A DNA stretch of 55,127 nucleotides, the filler included, from Asterionella formosa (taxonomy: Eukaryota), in NCBI GenBank assembly GCA_002256025.1. It is 5 parts of 5 records of this genome, joined end to end, with 100 filler letters (N's around TTAATTAATTAA, not from the genome) between each part and the next. Parts side by side here need not be neighbours in the genome. Positions count along the whole stretch, not along the records: positions 33,166 to 44,097 come from NKIB01008985.1; positions 44,198 to 55,127 come from NKIB01008986.1; 3 more parts are not named here. One strand, 5' to 3'. Every line of letters begins with the position of its first letter. The stretch's first letter is position 1. Positions 35,204 to 46,257 of this stretch are shown here, in pieces. Below the pieces are notes generated by a model. That model saw nothing but the letters and a program-made list of their open reading frames with translations, did not search any database and was not told where the DNA came from. The position numbers and the translations under genes are program-made.

Positions 35204-35561
35204 AGGGAGGGTGATAAAATCATATATGGAATCCAACGAGTTGAGGATCAATATTTTTAGTGATTAGAAACCAAGACATGCAACAACACTTATTGATAAA
35301 CGAATTGAGATGCTTACTTATTGACAAATGAATTGAGATGCTTACTTACTGACAAGTGAATAAGATGCTCACTCATTGTCAAATGAATACCAGTATGCAA
35401 TGTTTACTAATTGTCAAATCAATATGCTTACTTATTGTCAAAGCAATGAAGATCATACTAGTGACAAGATAAAGGAAATTATGAAATGTCCTCGTGTTAA
35501 GTATTTACATGAGTCATCAGGCAAGAACAAGACTAGATAGACTATTAACAGTCAGCTCACA
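35204..35561 (+). mobile_element. Polypurine tract plus 3' LTR of the copia relic
   Basis: AGGGAGGG (35204-35211) directly followed by TG (35212). Ends in CA at 35561, where similarity to the 33166-33411 copy stops. Confidence 0.72.
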
Positions 35562-35908
35562 ACCATCTGCCCAGAAAAGTCACCTGAAAAATTTTCGAAC
35601 TTTCTGGAACCTTCCAAAAGTAAAATTGCAAGTAATTTTTGTGTGCGTGGAGGCTGCCCTGGTCATGATGGGAATCACAATACTAGCTACAACTATCCAT
35701 ACCGGTAATAATATTGACCATAAAAAATAATTGTTCCATTTGCTTCATGCTGTATTGATTACTGGTATCATTGTGTTTGTACCTGGCATCTTCCACAAAA
35801 TCATCCAACATCCGTTTTGAATATACAAATGAACATTAGTACCGGTAATTAATACTCATCACTTTCATCAAGCCCATCAGCCATACATTATTTGCATTGC
35901 CTGAGAGG

Positions 35909-38900
35909 ATGAATTCTTCCCCTCCCATCATACACTCCGATAAAGAGCTCGATGAGCGTCAGAAGCAAGCCATGGCTGATTTATCAAGTTTGAGTCGAGT
36001 TTCGCACAAATTGGCCATGACGGAGGCCGGATCTGCCCTGGAACGAGTGCTCGCATTGCTTCTACCTCGGTTGCTCAAGCGAATCGGATCCAATCACTTC
36101 AGCCAAATGGAACTGCTGCATATCGAAGGCAGCACTGTGCTTCTAGCGAAGACAAGAGAGTCCCACGACAAGATCCACGCCAAACTTGTGGAAATGCTGT
36201 CTCATACCATGAAACGAGTCAGAGCTGATGCCAACTGCAAACTTCCATGTCTAGCTATTGTGCAGCTCTTGCTACTAGAGGAAGAACCGAATAAAATTTC
36301 TGCTAATACAGCGGTGGATCCATTTACTTTGAATTTATCGCTCGCGTTCTTGACACTTGGACTACCGAGATGCACCAGGGATGAGACGGGTGCTGTGCTA
36401 CCGGGATTGCTGTTGATTCTCCCTGTCCATTCAGGTATAGATTCATTGCAAAGCGCTGCACGAAAGACACAATCACAACAAGTAATACATTTGATACTCC
36501 TTAGCCTGGAGCGAATCGTGACGGACGATGAACTAAAGCCGTCTGTTAAAACCATGTTACCCTCCACACTCTCCACTCTTTCCGGAACAAAAATGGAACA
36601 GGATTCAACACATGAAAACACAGTATCCACAAACATGGACCAAGTGCGAGAAATTGTTCAACAGCAGGAACATGTTGCTGCGGCTCTGTACGACCTACTG
36701 TTGGATGCCTTACTGTACCAACCGTCGGCAAGCACAACAATGCCACCACCGGGACTTTCGCAGGCTGGACATGAACGTTTAATTGCTGCTGGTTGGGGTG
36801 CACTAATGACATCCCAAATTCGTCTCAAAGAATTTAAGTTAGCGTTGATCCAAATCATTGCACCGGCACGCCGATGGGCCATTTTTATGAACAGCATTGG
36901 ATCATCCACATCATTGGGTACCTGCAGGACTATGGCGTTGTTGGTGACAGCCTCTGGTGACGGTCATACCGAAGTGGCTGATAGGGCCAAGGGATACCTC
37001 AATGCGCATTTAGAAGGGATGCGAATCAAATTAAATGATGAAAAAGATTGGAATGCAGCAAACAGTATTGTCATGATGTGTGCATTACTGGCATTGCCGC
37101 TTGGGTCGACGAATGCTGCAAGTGCGCTGTCCAAGATTCCCCATTTTTCTATTGCTTCATTGGGAATGGCACCTCCACCGATGGGACAGCCAATGCAACA
37201 ACAGTTGATTCTTTCCCTCAAAAGGCGCATGGTGGCCGACAAAACTTCATGTGCCGTGTTGACATTTGTAGCTAAGATGCTAACGGATACCCCTCAACTT
37301 TTGGATGAATCGGAAAATGCTCACGCCATAGGGAGTTTATCTGTGTTAGCGGCTAACAAGGTTCTTGGGAGCATAACGTCAACATCTGGTTTTTCTATCC
37401 TTCGTGCAGCACCATATATTGCTGCAGCCCAGCTACTGAATGCAATAACATTACGAATGTCTGGTCCAGGCACTCTCGAAATTTTTGCAAAGGCACTAAT
37501 GACAGCTTGCTCGATTTTATCACATGCTTCGTCTCCAAGACCTTCATTGGTACATGGATCGAATGAAGGAAGCATTGCTATTCGGGATGCATTGTATGGG
37601 GTTATCTGTAATTTATCACGTTCTTCAGACTTTTGCAAAGAAGGATACATCTTTGGATTGGGACAACAATCGCCATCATCATCAATTCAAACTGCAACAC
37701 TGTTGTTTGGTTGTGCCTCTAATGAAGAAGAAACGCTCCGACCTCGTGCAGTGGCAGCTTTAGATGCACTCCTTGGTGCTTATTCTCGTCTATTTCAAAA
37801 TGACGACGATGCCGAGGAGGATTCAATGGAAGTAGATTCGCCGGAAGTTTCCAATCCATGGATGACAGATCATGCAGTTTCTGAGCTGCATATTGAGCTG
37901 CATATTGCTAAAAAAGCCAAGGGGGCTACATTGGACAGGACAGGACTTGCTCGTGCACTCTTGCCATTGCTTTGGAATGGAGCCCAAGGCACATATGCTA
38001 AAGCATCTCGAGTGGCTTCCGCCAGATGGTCGAACGATTTACTAAAAAATCTTGATGGACCAAATGCTTGTCATTTGCTTTGCTTCCTGGCAGGCGATTC
38101 CGATGTGACAGTTTCGGCAATTGCAAGAGAGGGTCTTGGTTTGACTAAGAAAGTGGGTGAGACGTATGATGAACTATCAACAAATGAACTAACCATACCT
38201 GATTTTGCTGAATTGACGACTGTCCTGTTTCAAAGCAGCAGAGGAACAGCTTCAATGGGGCGACCTAGGTATTATGATTTCAGCTACCTTGGAAAGGCAG
38301 CTTCGCTGCGTTTTGGGTTAATCTGTTTGCTCAATGACCTGTATGGAGGCGAGGATGAGGCTGTTCGAGTATATGTACAAGCACTAGCTGAGACCTTGAG
38401 TCTATTTGGTTCATCATCGACTGGGAAAGGGTCTGCTCAAGGCCGAGACTCGATTGATCTTTTGGATGAATGTGCCATTTGTTTTGCCGGATGCATTTCA
38501 ACATCAGCTTTTGCTCGTTCTATGATAGTAGACAGCGGATCTTTGCTGTCATTGGAGGACTTAGAGTTTCTCACAATGAATGGCGCTTCAACAAGAGCTC
38601 GGCGGTACCTTGCTGAAGCCTGTGGATATTTGTACGAGGATACTGCGGTCTGGTTGGGTGGGCAAGCATTTAATCTTTCTTCTTGGCTCAAGAAAAACCA
38701 TTTGGCGAAAACCCTTGACCTTTGTGCCCAAAAAGTTGCTGATTCTCAAAAAGACGTATTTACTATTGGTGAAGTACACGGGGCTGCTTTTCTAGGGGCT
38801 CGTTGCGTTCGTGCGTTCAGATTGCATGCAGGTCATGAAATGGGCGTCTCTGATGATATTGAGATGGAGTTGTGTTGGAGAAACTCCTCGTCAATCATTC

Positions 38901-41900
38901 AAGTGCTAGGGAAAGGAATTTCTCACATCGACGAAGTCATTGGGAAATCATTCACCGAAAGCTTAGGTATTGCACTCTCATATGACTCGATCGATGCCCC
39001 AATTTTGAACCCTCGATTGTATGAAGGAGCGGCCTCTGCTTTATGTGACCTTGAATTGGCCTTAAAGCGTTTTGGCAACGGAGACCACACTGATCCAATT
39101 CGCGCTTCATCGCTTGCGCAGGCTGCTGGAGTGGCATTAGCTGCTTCCACGTCTGGAGCTGGCTCAACGGGTGTGGCTAATATTGGATCAGCTCGTACTC
39201 AATGCGTCGATGCGTTGTTCGCATTGACAAGCTCAGAGGCCTTCCGAAAAGACGCAGATGTTGCTTTGGCTGCTGGAGAAGCACTCGCAACCTATGCCGA
39301 TGCATACAGTCCTGATAACGCTGTCTGGAGCTCATTTACTGATGTTTGGCCGGAATCTTATTCCGAAAGTCTTCTATGCCAACTGCCGCCGCATCAACAG
39401 GTTTTATATAGATTGCTGGAACGAGACATTCTTTCGTCGAATCCCCACACACGAAGTGGTGCTGCGCCAGCTCTTCTTGCCGTTGTTGGATTGGCTGCCA
39501 AACGAGTCAATAATAACAACGAATTTTCTGGTAGGGCTTTGGTCGTTGAATGCACCAAACGACTAGGAAACATTCAACAGGCCTTCGTATCATTGTTAGC
39601 AGATCCGAAAAGCAAGCAGCTCTCAAGGGAAAGTTGCTGTCTAGGGTTGGCGGCATGCCACGGTCTCGCTGAAGCAAGAGGAAAGAGTCAAGAAAGCACG
39701 TTGAGCCAAGACCTGAACGATCGGCTTCTTCGCGCATTTGGCCAAACCTCCAATTATGGTGGCAGTGCTATGCAGGAAACCGCATCTCAAAATGCTGAGA
39801 GATTAAGGAGGAACCAACTCACTGGAATTGATACTGCAGCATCTATCAACGAATCCTTTGGTGTTGAAACTGAAGTTGGAGGTGCTGCTGGACTTGGAGA
39901 AGCCGCGTTGGGTGCATACCGCGAAATGGCTGCTGCGGCATCTGCTCTGGGAAGGTCTGATGTTCTCTACGCCTTGCTACTTCTTTCTGTGTCACATCCA
40001 GTGTGGTCTACTCCCGGTCCTCGTGACCGTTACAGCGCGTCATCGTTGCTAGGCGAGAACAGTTTGGTCGGAAGCAGAACCAATACCACAGAAATGAGAG
40101 AAGCACTCAGACCACATCTGGGTAAGCTTATTCCCCGACTCCTAAGAGCGAAAAATGACCCAAACAAGCAAACCAGGGAACAGATGGAAACGCTTTGGCT
40201 CGGTCTTACAGGTGGTGGGGCAGAAGCAAGGCAAGCAATTACACATCACCTTTTACCCACGGTGGATTCCCTTATTGATGACGCTGCCAATAAGCTATGG
40301 CGAGCCAGAGTCGGTGCATGTGGTGCTCTCGCGGAGGTCATTGTTGGACGATCATGGATTGAACTCGGAGGCGGTGATGCTGTAGTTGACGATGACGAAG
40401 TAATGCTCCACACTAACACAGCGAGTGCATCAGCCGGCATCAGGCTGTTACGATTGTGGCGAGTAGCGATGCGAGCAATCGATGATGTGCGCGGGGCAGT
40501 AAGAGAAAGTGGCGAGGTACTCGCGAGAAGTGTTCGAGCTTTGACTATTCGGTTATGCGACCCGACAAGAGCTGATAGTATAGTCGACGCTGTGACTGTT
40601 GGAGTTAATGCTAGATGTGCGGCATCAACTTCGTTACGGTGGCTAGTGAAACATGGTCTTAGCCAAGTTGCTCCTGAGGCAACTGGTCTTTGCATCTCAT
40701 GCCTTATCGGTGTCATTGAAGTCGTTCAGCCGCACATTCTGGAACCTTCACTTCCGGATCTCATTGGGGCATTACTGATGGCAATGTCAGGTCTTGAACC
40801 CGCCACGCTCAACTACTTGCAAGTACGAGCAGCTGGGTCTACAAACTCAAACAGCTACGAGCAGCTAGAAAGAGCTCGTCTCCAACTGGCGCAAAGCGGT
40901 CCTATCGGTGGAGCATTACAGAAATGCCTCGATATGATCTCGTCGGTTCACCTTTCAACGCAGCAGGCTGTTATTTCTCAACTAGATTCTGCCCTGAGAA
41001 CTGGTGCTGGATTTGCCACACGCGCTGCTGTAGCTGACACGGTTTCCACGCTCTGTGCCAACTGTCCACTGGCCTTTAGTTTTTCAGGGGCGTCGTCCAA
41101 CAATCCAACCGTGCGATTACTTAGAGCTCTCTACCTTGCAAGTGAACGTGAACGTGGCCAAGGCGCAAAAGAAAAAATGGCGCACGCCCTAGGGAATCTA
41201 GCGGCACTATCACCAGGACAAAGTGTGCGATCACTCGCTATCCGTGCGTGTGCTCGATATGCTCGATCCACAGGTAACAATGACGATCCAAGCGCACGTC
41301 ATGCTTCAGCGTCTGCACTTAGGGCGCTGGCTGTCAGAGCGTCAAATCAGTTTGCCGACGGTGGCCCAAACGATATCTATCGTCGGCGAGTTCTGCCCAT
41401 GGCTTTCCTCGGCCAAAAGGACAGCGATGATAAAGTTGCCCGCTTGTGGAAAGAGGTTTGGGACGAGGGGGGCCAAGCCTCAGGTGCAATGTCGAAAGGG
41501 CACGGAGTTCGTTTAGAGGAGAGATTGTTGCCTGGCCTAGTGCAGAGTTCAGTGGAAGCACTCAATGATTTATCATGGACGAGACGAGTTTCAGCTGCAA
41601 GAGCCCTCCTTGACCTTGTCCAGCTCAATATCTTGTCACCAGTTGATCAGCCTATTTGGGATTGCGCAGTGAACGAAGGAGTCTTATCTCGTGCGAGGCA
41701 ACGGGCTGAACAGAGTACCATTGCTACAAAGGCCTGCCTAGACGTGGTTATGAGGCCCAGACTATGGAGTGGAAAGAACGAAGTGGTTCGAGCAATGGTC
41801 GCTATAGCCTGCAAGTGGGTAACGGTGGGTGGGACCGACTACCAATCTTCGCTTGTTTTGGGATGCAAAAATGAAACAATGTTTCCATTGAGGCCCATTG

Positions 41901-42958
41901 CGTGGACAACACCAGAAACAATGCATGATTTATATGAAGGAGACAATTTCTTTGAACTAACCGTACGTGACGATGCAGAAGTTGCAGAAGAAGCGATTAC
42001 AGTTGACATGGACGCGTCACCCACCGACAACGAGGATGGTGAAACATCGATTGATTTCCAAGAAGGCGACAAGCTTCTAGCTGAATGTAACCAGGAAACC
42101 GAAATCGATAGAATCTACTTCGATGAATCTACTGGCACTATTGTGTTTTCTGGGATGTGTAAGGCTTTGCTGGAACAGGCTTTGCCCAAGGCGTCGAAGC
42201 AATCATTGCTTGTCTCGCCTGAAGAATTATTGCCCTACAAGGCGGCTGCATTTCAAGGAATATCAGATTTATTAAAAAGCTTCACACATAGCGATAGCGA
42301 CGAGTCTGCTAAGGCGGAGAAAAGATTAGTGTACCGAATGATGTCGCCTTTGGTGATGCCTATGATTGACTTTGATGATTTCATGGATACGTCTGACAAA
42401 GCATCAAAAGACTCAGCCCATCCTCCATTAGTTGTTGCTAGAATTATTGATTGCCTTTCATGCGCAATGTGGTCAGGGATTGGTGTTGATTCCAATTGTA
42501 ATGCAGAAGATGGCACATACATGGCAAAGCTATTTCTGCGAATACAGACAAAGCAATCGGCATGGTCAGTCCGAGAAGCAGCAGTCCTAGGGTCATCCAA
42601 GCTGGTGCAGAATTGTGATGTAGCAGTCCTTCGTCATCACGAAAGCATTGCTGTTCTGTTGGATTGTGCTATGCAAGCCTCCAAAGACAGAAAGTTTTGG
42701 CGAGTTCGACTGGCTGGTTTGAAGCTTCTTCGTGCACTCGTTTTGCGAGCCGGTGATGCCACCGATAGCTCATCTGCTTTCTCCATAGGACCAAAGCAGA
42801 CAACAGGAAGCTCAACAAATAAGCAACTGATTCTTGAAGCCCTGCTCCCTAGCAAAGAAAAAATTATCAAGATATCAAGATCCAGCTTGAGTGATAGCGA
42901 AAGTCAGGTGACGGAAGTTGCTACCGAAGTTTGCAGCGCCCTGTCATGGTGGCCATGA
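35909..42958 (+). CDS. ECM29: Proteasome adaptor ECM29 (HEAT-repeat protein), single exon, ~2349 aa
   Basis: N-terminal LERVLALLLPRLL...KLVEMLSH, central LRPHLGKLIPRLLRAKNDPNKQTREQMETLW, WRARVGACGAL, RAIDDVRGAVRE, MSGLEPATLNYL. First ATG at 35909. Confidence 0.85.
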   Translation: MNSSPPIIHSDKELDERQKQAMADLSSLSRVSHKLAMTEAGSALERVLALLLPRLLKRIGSNHFSQMELLHIEGSTVLLAKTRESHDKIHAKLVEMLSHTMKRVRADANCKLPCLAIVQLLLLEEEPNKISANTAVDPFTLNLSLAFLTLGLPRCTRDETGAVLPGLLLILPVHSGIDSLQSAARKTQSQQVIHLILLSLERIVTDDELKPSVKTMLPSTLSTLSGTKMEQDSTHENTVSTNMDQVREIVQQQEHVAAALYDLLLDALLYQPSASTTMPPPGLSQAGHERLIAAGWGALMTSQIRLKEFKLALIQIIAPARRWAIFMNSIGSSTSLGTCRTMALLVTASGDGHTEVADRAKGYLNAHLEGMRIKLNDEKDWNAANSIVMMCALLALPLGSTNAASALSKIPHFSIASLGMAPPPMGQPMQQQLILSLKRRMVADKTSCAVLTFVAKMLTDTPQLLDESENAHAIGSLSVLAANKVLGSITSTSGFSILRAAPYIAAAQLLNAITLRMSGPGTLEIFAKALMTACSILSHASSPRPSLVHGSNEGSIAIRDALYGVICNLSRSSDFCKEGYIFGLGQQSPSSSIQTATLLFGCASNEEETLRPRAVAALDALLGAYSRLFQNDDDAEEDSMEVDSPEVSNPWMTDHAVSELHIELHIAKKAKGATLDRTGLARALLPLLWNGAQGTYAKASRVASARWSNDLLKNLDGPNACHLLCFLAGDSDVTVSAIAREGLGLTKKVGETYDELSTNELTIPDFAELTTVLFQSSRGTASMGRPRYYDFSYLGKAASLRFGLICLLNDLYGGEDEAVRVYVQALAETLSLFGSSSTGKGSAQGRDSIDLLDECAICFAGCISTSAFARSMIVDSGSLLSLEDLEFLTMNGASTRARRYLAEACGYLYEDTAVWLGGQAFNLSSWLKKNHLAKTLDLCAQKVADSQKDVFTIGEVHGAAFLGARCVRAFRLHAGHEMGVSDDIEMELCWRNSSSIIQVLGKGISHIDEVIGKSFTESLGIALSYDSIDAPILNPRLYEGAASALCDLELALKRFGNGDHTDPIRASSLAQAAGVALAASTSGAGSTGVANIGSARTQCVDALFALTSSEAFRKDADVALAAGEALATYADAYSPDNAVWSSFTDVWPESYSESLLCQLPPHQQVLYRLLERDILSSNPHTRSGAAPALLAVVGLAAKRVNNNNEFSGRALVVECTKRLGNIQQAFVSLLADPKSKQLSRESCCLGLAACHGLAEARGKSQESTLSQDLNDRLLRAFGQTSNYGGSAMQETASQNAERLRRNQLTGIDTAASINESFGVETEVGGAAGLGEAALGAYREMAAAASALGRSDVLYALLLLSVSHPVWSTPGPRDRYSASSLLGENSLVGSRTNTTEMREALRPHLGKLIPRLLRAKNDPNKQTREQMETLWLGLTGGGAEARQAITHHLLPTVDSLIDDAANKLWRARVGACGALAEVIVGRSWIELGGGDAVVDDDEVMLHTNTASASAGIRLLRLWRVAMRAIDDVRGAVRESGEVLARSVRALTIRLCDPTRADSIVDAVTVGVNARCAASTSLRWLVKHGLSQVAPEATGLCISCLIGVIEVVQPHILEPSLPDLIGALLMAMSGLEPATLNYLQVRAAGSTNSNSYEQLERARLQLAQSGPIGGALQKCLDMISSVHLSTQQAVISQLDSALRTGAGFATRAAVADTVSTLCANCPLAFSFSGASSNNPTVRLLRALYLASERERGQGAKEKMAHALGNLAALSPGQSVRSLAIRACARYARSTGNNDDPSARHASASALRALAVRASNQFADGGPNDIYRRRVLPMAFLGQKDSDDKVARLWKEVWDEGGQASGAMSKGHGVRLEERLLPGLVQSSVEALNDLSWTRRVSAARALLDLVQLNILSPVDQPIWDCAVNEGVLSRARQRAEQSTIATKACLDVVMRPRLWSGKNEVVRAMVAIACKWVTVGGTDYQSSLVLGCKNETMFPLRPIAWTTPETMHDLYEGDNFFELTVRDDAEVAEEAITVDMDASPTDNEDGETSIDFQEGDKLLAECNQETEIDRIYFDESTGTIVFSGMCKALLEQALPKASKQSLLVSPEELLPYKAAAFQGISDLLKSFTHSDSDESAKAEKRLVYRMMSPLVMPMIDFDDFMDTSDKASKDSAHPPLVVARIIDCLSCAMWSGIGVDSNCNAEDGTYMAKLFLRIQTKQSAWSVREAAVLGSSKLVQNCDVAVLRHHESIAVLLDCAMQASKDRKFWRVRLAGLKLLRALVLRAGDATDSSSAFSIGPKQTTGSSTNKQLILEALLPSKEKIIKISRSSLSDSESQVTEVATEVCSALSWWP

Positions 42959-42988
42959 TAAATTATTTTATTGTTGCAACTCATAATG

Positions 42989-43310
42989 TTGTGTCAACCC
43001 CCCTAACAATGTTCAAAATTGTGGAATCTTAAAACTCTTTCCAACAAATGCAAGTATAACAATTTCAAGGTCACGGGATAATAATTGGATATAGTAATGG
43101 CGTTTTGCCTTTACATATAATGAAAACAAAACAAATCTATTTTGGCCAACAAACCATCATAGATATGATGATTGTGTCAACCCCCCTAACAATGTTCAAA
43201 ATTGTGGAATCTTTAACTCTTTCCAACAAATGCAAGTATAACAATTTCAAGGTCACGGGATGATAATTGGATATAGTAATGGCAACAAACTCATCATAGA
43301 TATGATGATG
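42989..43310 (+). repeat. Local duplication with A-x-B-A-B layout
   Basis: A (~112 bp) at 42989-43101 and 43172-43283, near-identical. B (CAACAAAC(T)CATCATAGATATGATGAT) at ~43147-43172 and ~43283-43310. Confidence 0.9.
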
Positions 43311-44097
43311 GTAAACAGAATTGTCATGATAAATCAAAAAAAAATGTTCAGTGGTTCAGATCAAGACATGCTCCACTAGGAAAAACTAGACTACCTGGTA
43401 CCAGTATTAATTACATCACACTGGATGGTCCAGTAATCAGCGCATTGCGGAAGCTATAAACTAAAATTTTAATGTAGCGGTTTCATCCTACCAGTACTTC
43501 GTTGGTAGTCTGACTGGCTCACCAAATCCAAAATGATGAAATATTTCAAAATATTTATTATGTTTTTACATTCACATGGAGCACTGGTCATAATGGATAG
43601 GATTCAGATGCCGGCAATAGCATCATAAAAGCTGCATTACATAAGGAAATATGGCTGAATTAATAGTTTCTCTTTTCCTCAATCATGACTAACGGAAAAA
43701 TAGCCCTCAGAAGCCAACTACAAAAATAGGACTTTCTGAAAATGACACTAACTGGTAACCGTTCCTAGAGGTTGCAGTTTGTGTGTCTCAGACCTCATTT
43801 CTAAAGTGGTTACCAGTTAAAGTCATTATTACAAAAGTTAGTACATCTGGTGAATCTTTTCTAAAACATCATCACATAAGGGCATTATTTCGAACTGAAA
43901 AACGCTGCCACGTTTAGAAGCAGAATCGCTGACTAACAACTTCAACTTGGTGACTGCAGACTTCATTTTGCTAACAGTTGACTTGATTTGAAAATTTGAA
44001 ATATTCGCTGACTGCTGACCACCGCTACCGGTACTGATTTGATATCGCTGACTGCTAACTTGAACTTGCTGACTTCAAGCAGCCTATGCTTGGTAGA

Positions 44098-44197
44098 NNN
44101 NNNNNNNNNNNNNNNNNNNNNNNNNNNNNNNNNNNNNNNNNTTAATTAATTAANNNNNNNNNNNNNNNNNNNNNNNNNNNNNNNNNNNNNNNNNNNN
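44098..44197. other. Artificial scaffold-join spacer
   Basis: 100 bp, N44-TTAATTAATTAA-N44. Confidence 0.97.
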
Positions 44198-44463
44198 CTG
44201 GTACCAGGTACCAGACCTTCCAGGCACTAGCACCGGTACCTGGTACCAGACCAGGGTATGACGGTAACAACACGACGACCATGAGTTGAGGAACACAAAA
44301 AACTTCAACCACGTCCGGTAGGCGGTGCAATGAAGCAAAGCACCATATTATCAGTTAATAGCATCATTGCCTGTCGCTTGGATATCTTTCGGTACCGGTA
44401 GCTCTGTTCGTGTTCCAATTGCAAAGCAAAAGCCAAAATTTGCGCTTCTATTCGAACAACATA

Positions 44464-45299
44464 ATGGCCAAGAAATCTCAAAAGAAAAAGCCAACTTCCA
44501 ATGCAAGTGTTGACGGCGATAACTGGGTCTGGGTGGATCCAGCAAGAATAAGGTTCCAACATGCTCGAATTCGGCCTTATTTTAGTGGTTGTGGGCGATC
44601 AGTAACGGAAACGCTAAATTCCATTCGACGAGAAGAGTTACGACCTGAAGATCTTCCTCCTATTCAGGTGAGTTAGCAGTGGCAGCTGTAAAGTTTGTAA
44701 CCCTATTTGTTGGTAGCCTCAAAATGTGAGCAAGCCACACGGATTACTAATTTCCTATCGTTTGCCTCTCAAAGGTCATTGCGGGGCCAGACGAACCCGA
44801 GAGCGGAGGGAGATGGTACTTTTCACTCAACAATAGACGACTCTGGGTAATGAAGCGATGCCGCGACGAAGGTTTGCTGGCAAACAATCAGATTCGTGTT
44901 CGAGTCCGTTCAACGAAGTCATCTGCTGAAGAGCAACGGTACACACTAGAAAATTGTGCTGTCGAGGCCAAGTTTATACGAGAAAGGGATCCACACGAAC
45001 AAATCAAAGAAATTGCGGAACCAGCTAGCCTCGCCAGTTTAAAGGGTGTCGAGAACGATCTGGAACAAAAGCTTCAATTCAAGGAATTGCTGACCCTTCG
45101 AATAGGCAAATTACTCATAGAGCATGAAAATGACAGCGATGAGCCAGGAGATGATAGTAGCGACGACGACAGCGTCGAAATTTCTCGAGGTATCAGGAAT
45201 AATCCATTTGCTACCATACAAGGAGTGGAAAGTGATGATTCCGATAGCGACGACAATGAATCAATCGCCAATGCGAACCGTTTCAGTGCTCTATGCTGA
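44464..45299 (+). CDS. Uncharacterised protein with a putative ParB/sulfiredoxin-like domain, 2 exons, ~242 aa
   Basis: Exons 44464-44667 and 44775-45299; intron 44668-44774 (GTGAGT...AAG). Joined protein reads VDPARIRFQHARIRPYFSG...LPPIQVIAG...WYFSLNNRRLWVMK, with a basic N-terminus and acidic tail. Confidence 0.7.
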
Positions 45300-45585
45300 A
45301 GTAATGAGAATCCCAACTTCACCATGTTGTTCTAGTGCCACTTTCTACTGTTCTAAGCATAGCACTTATGCTAGAGCATTTTGAACAACGAACGAAAGCA
45401 TCCAATATTTTGTGTGACTAGGAACGACATCAGTTGATCCTCCTTCGCTTGTGTTAACAATACAATTTTCACAGAAATTTGGGCCAGCAAAAGCAGTATT
45501 TCAATATGGTACCGCACTAGTCTTACATCTATCTGGTCGGTCGTTGAATTTAATTGCAAAATCGTCATGCCCTGACTCCTTCCTT

Positions 45586-46257
45586 TCACAGCAACAAGTT
45601 TCCAAGTTGAGCAGATCCCTTCGACGACACTTGCTTCATGAATTCTGTCTTGCTAACTTCAACATCGCCATCAATGAGTTCATAGACATAGCAAACAACC
45701 TTTGGTCCCTGAATGGCCAGCAATACAAAGGAAGGCGTCACATTAGGTGTAATCGATGAATACGCTCCAGTAATGGAGCCAGGATTAATGTGATAGCAGC
45801 CGTCCATCTCTTCCACCATATTGGAGTGCGTGTGCCCAGAAATGAGAATGTCACAGTGCATCTTTCGTCGCATTCGATTCAGCGCATCTTTGCTTTTGTA
45901 AGGGATAATCTGATGACCATGCAACACCCCGATTCTAAAGTCCCCTACCCGCACGATTCGATCCTCAGCGAATTGCCCCGGCACATCGTAATCTCCAGCC
46001 ACAACATGAAGGTTCGGAGCTAAATCCCGGAGTTCTTCGTATTGTTCGTTTCCGACATTACCAGTGCAAATGACATGCTGCATCTTCCCTGGAACGAGCA
46101 TGCTTGAAGGTCTACATGTGAGAAACTCAAGAGACAAGAAACGCAACACTTACGCTTCGCTTTCCACTTACCGCTTGAATTTTTCATGGATTGAATTCGC
46201 TCGATGAGGAATATGCAAATCACCGAGAACCAGTACAAGTTCGCCAAAGTTCGCCAT
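45586..46257 (-). CDS. VPS29: Retromer subunit VPS29, 2 exons, ~200 aa
   Basis: Exons 46257-46172 and 46102-45586; intron 46171-46103. LVLVLGDLHIPHRA...KFKRMLVPGKMQHVICTGN, HGHQIIP, ISGHTH, INPGSITGA. Confidence 0.95.

Noticed and set aside
36202..42870. Many antisense and alternate-frame ORFs within ECM29 and other long genes
   Set aside because: Shadow ORFs with no motifs, as expected opposite long coding sequences.
43925..44090. GCTGAC/ACTT-rich degenerate repeats at a scaffold end
   Set aside because: Low-complexity and truncated by the spacer; no unit or boundary could be defined.
11022..44153. TTAATTAATTAA recurring every ~11 kb as a biological periodic element
   Set aside because: It always lies inside N runs of fixed length; it is an assembly linker.
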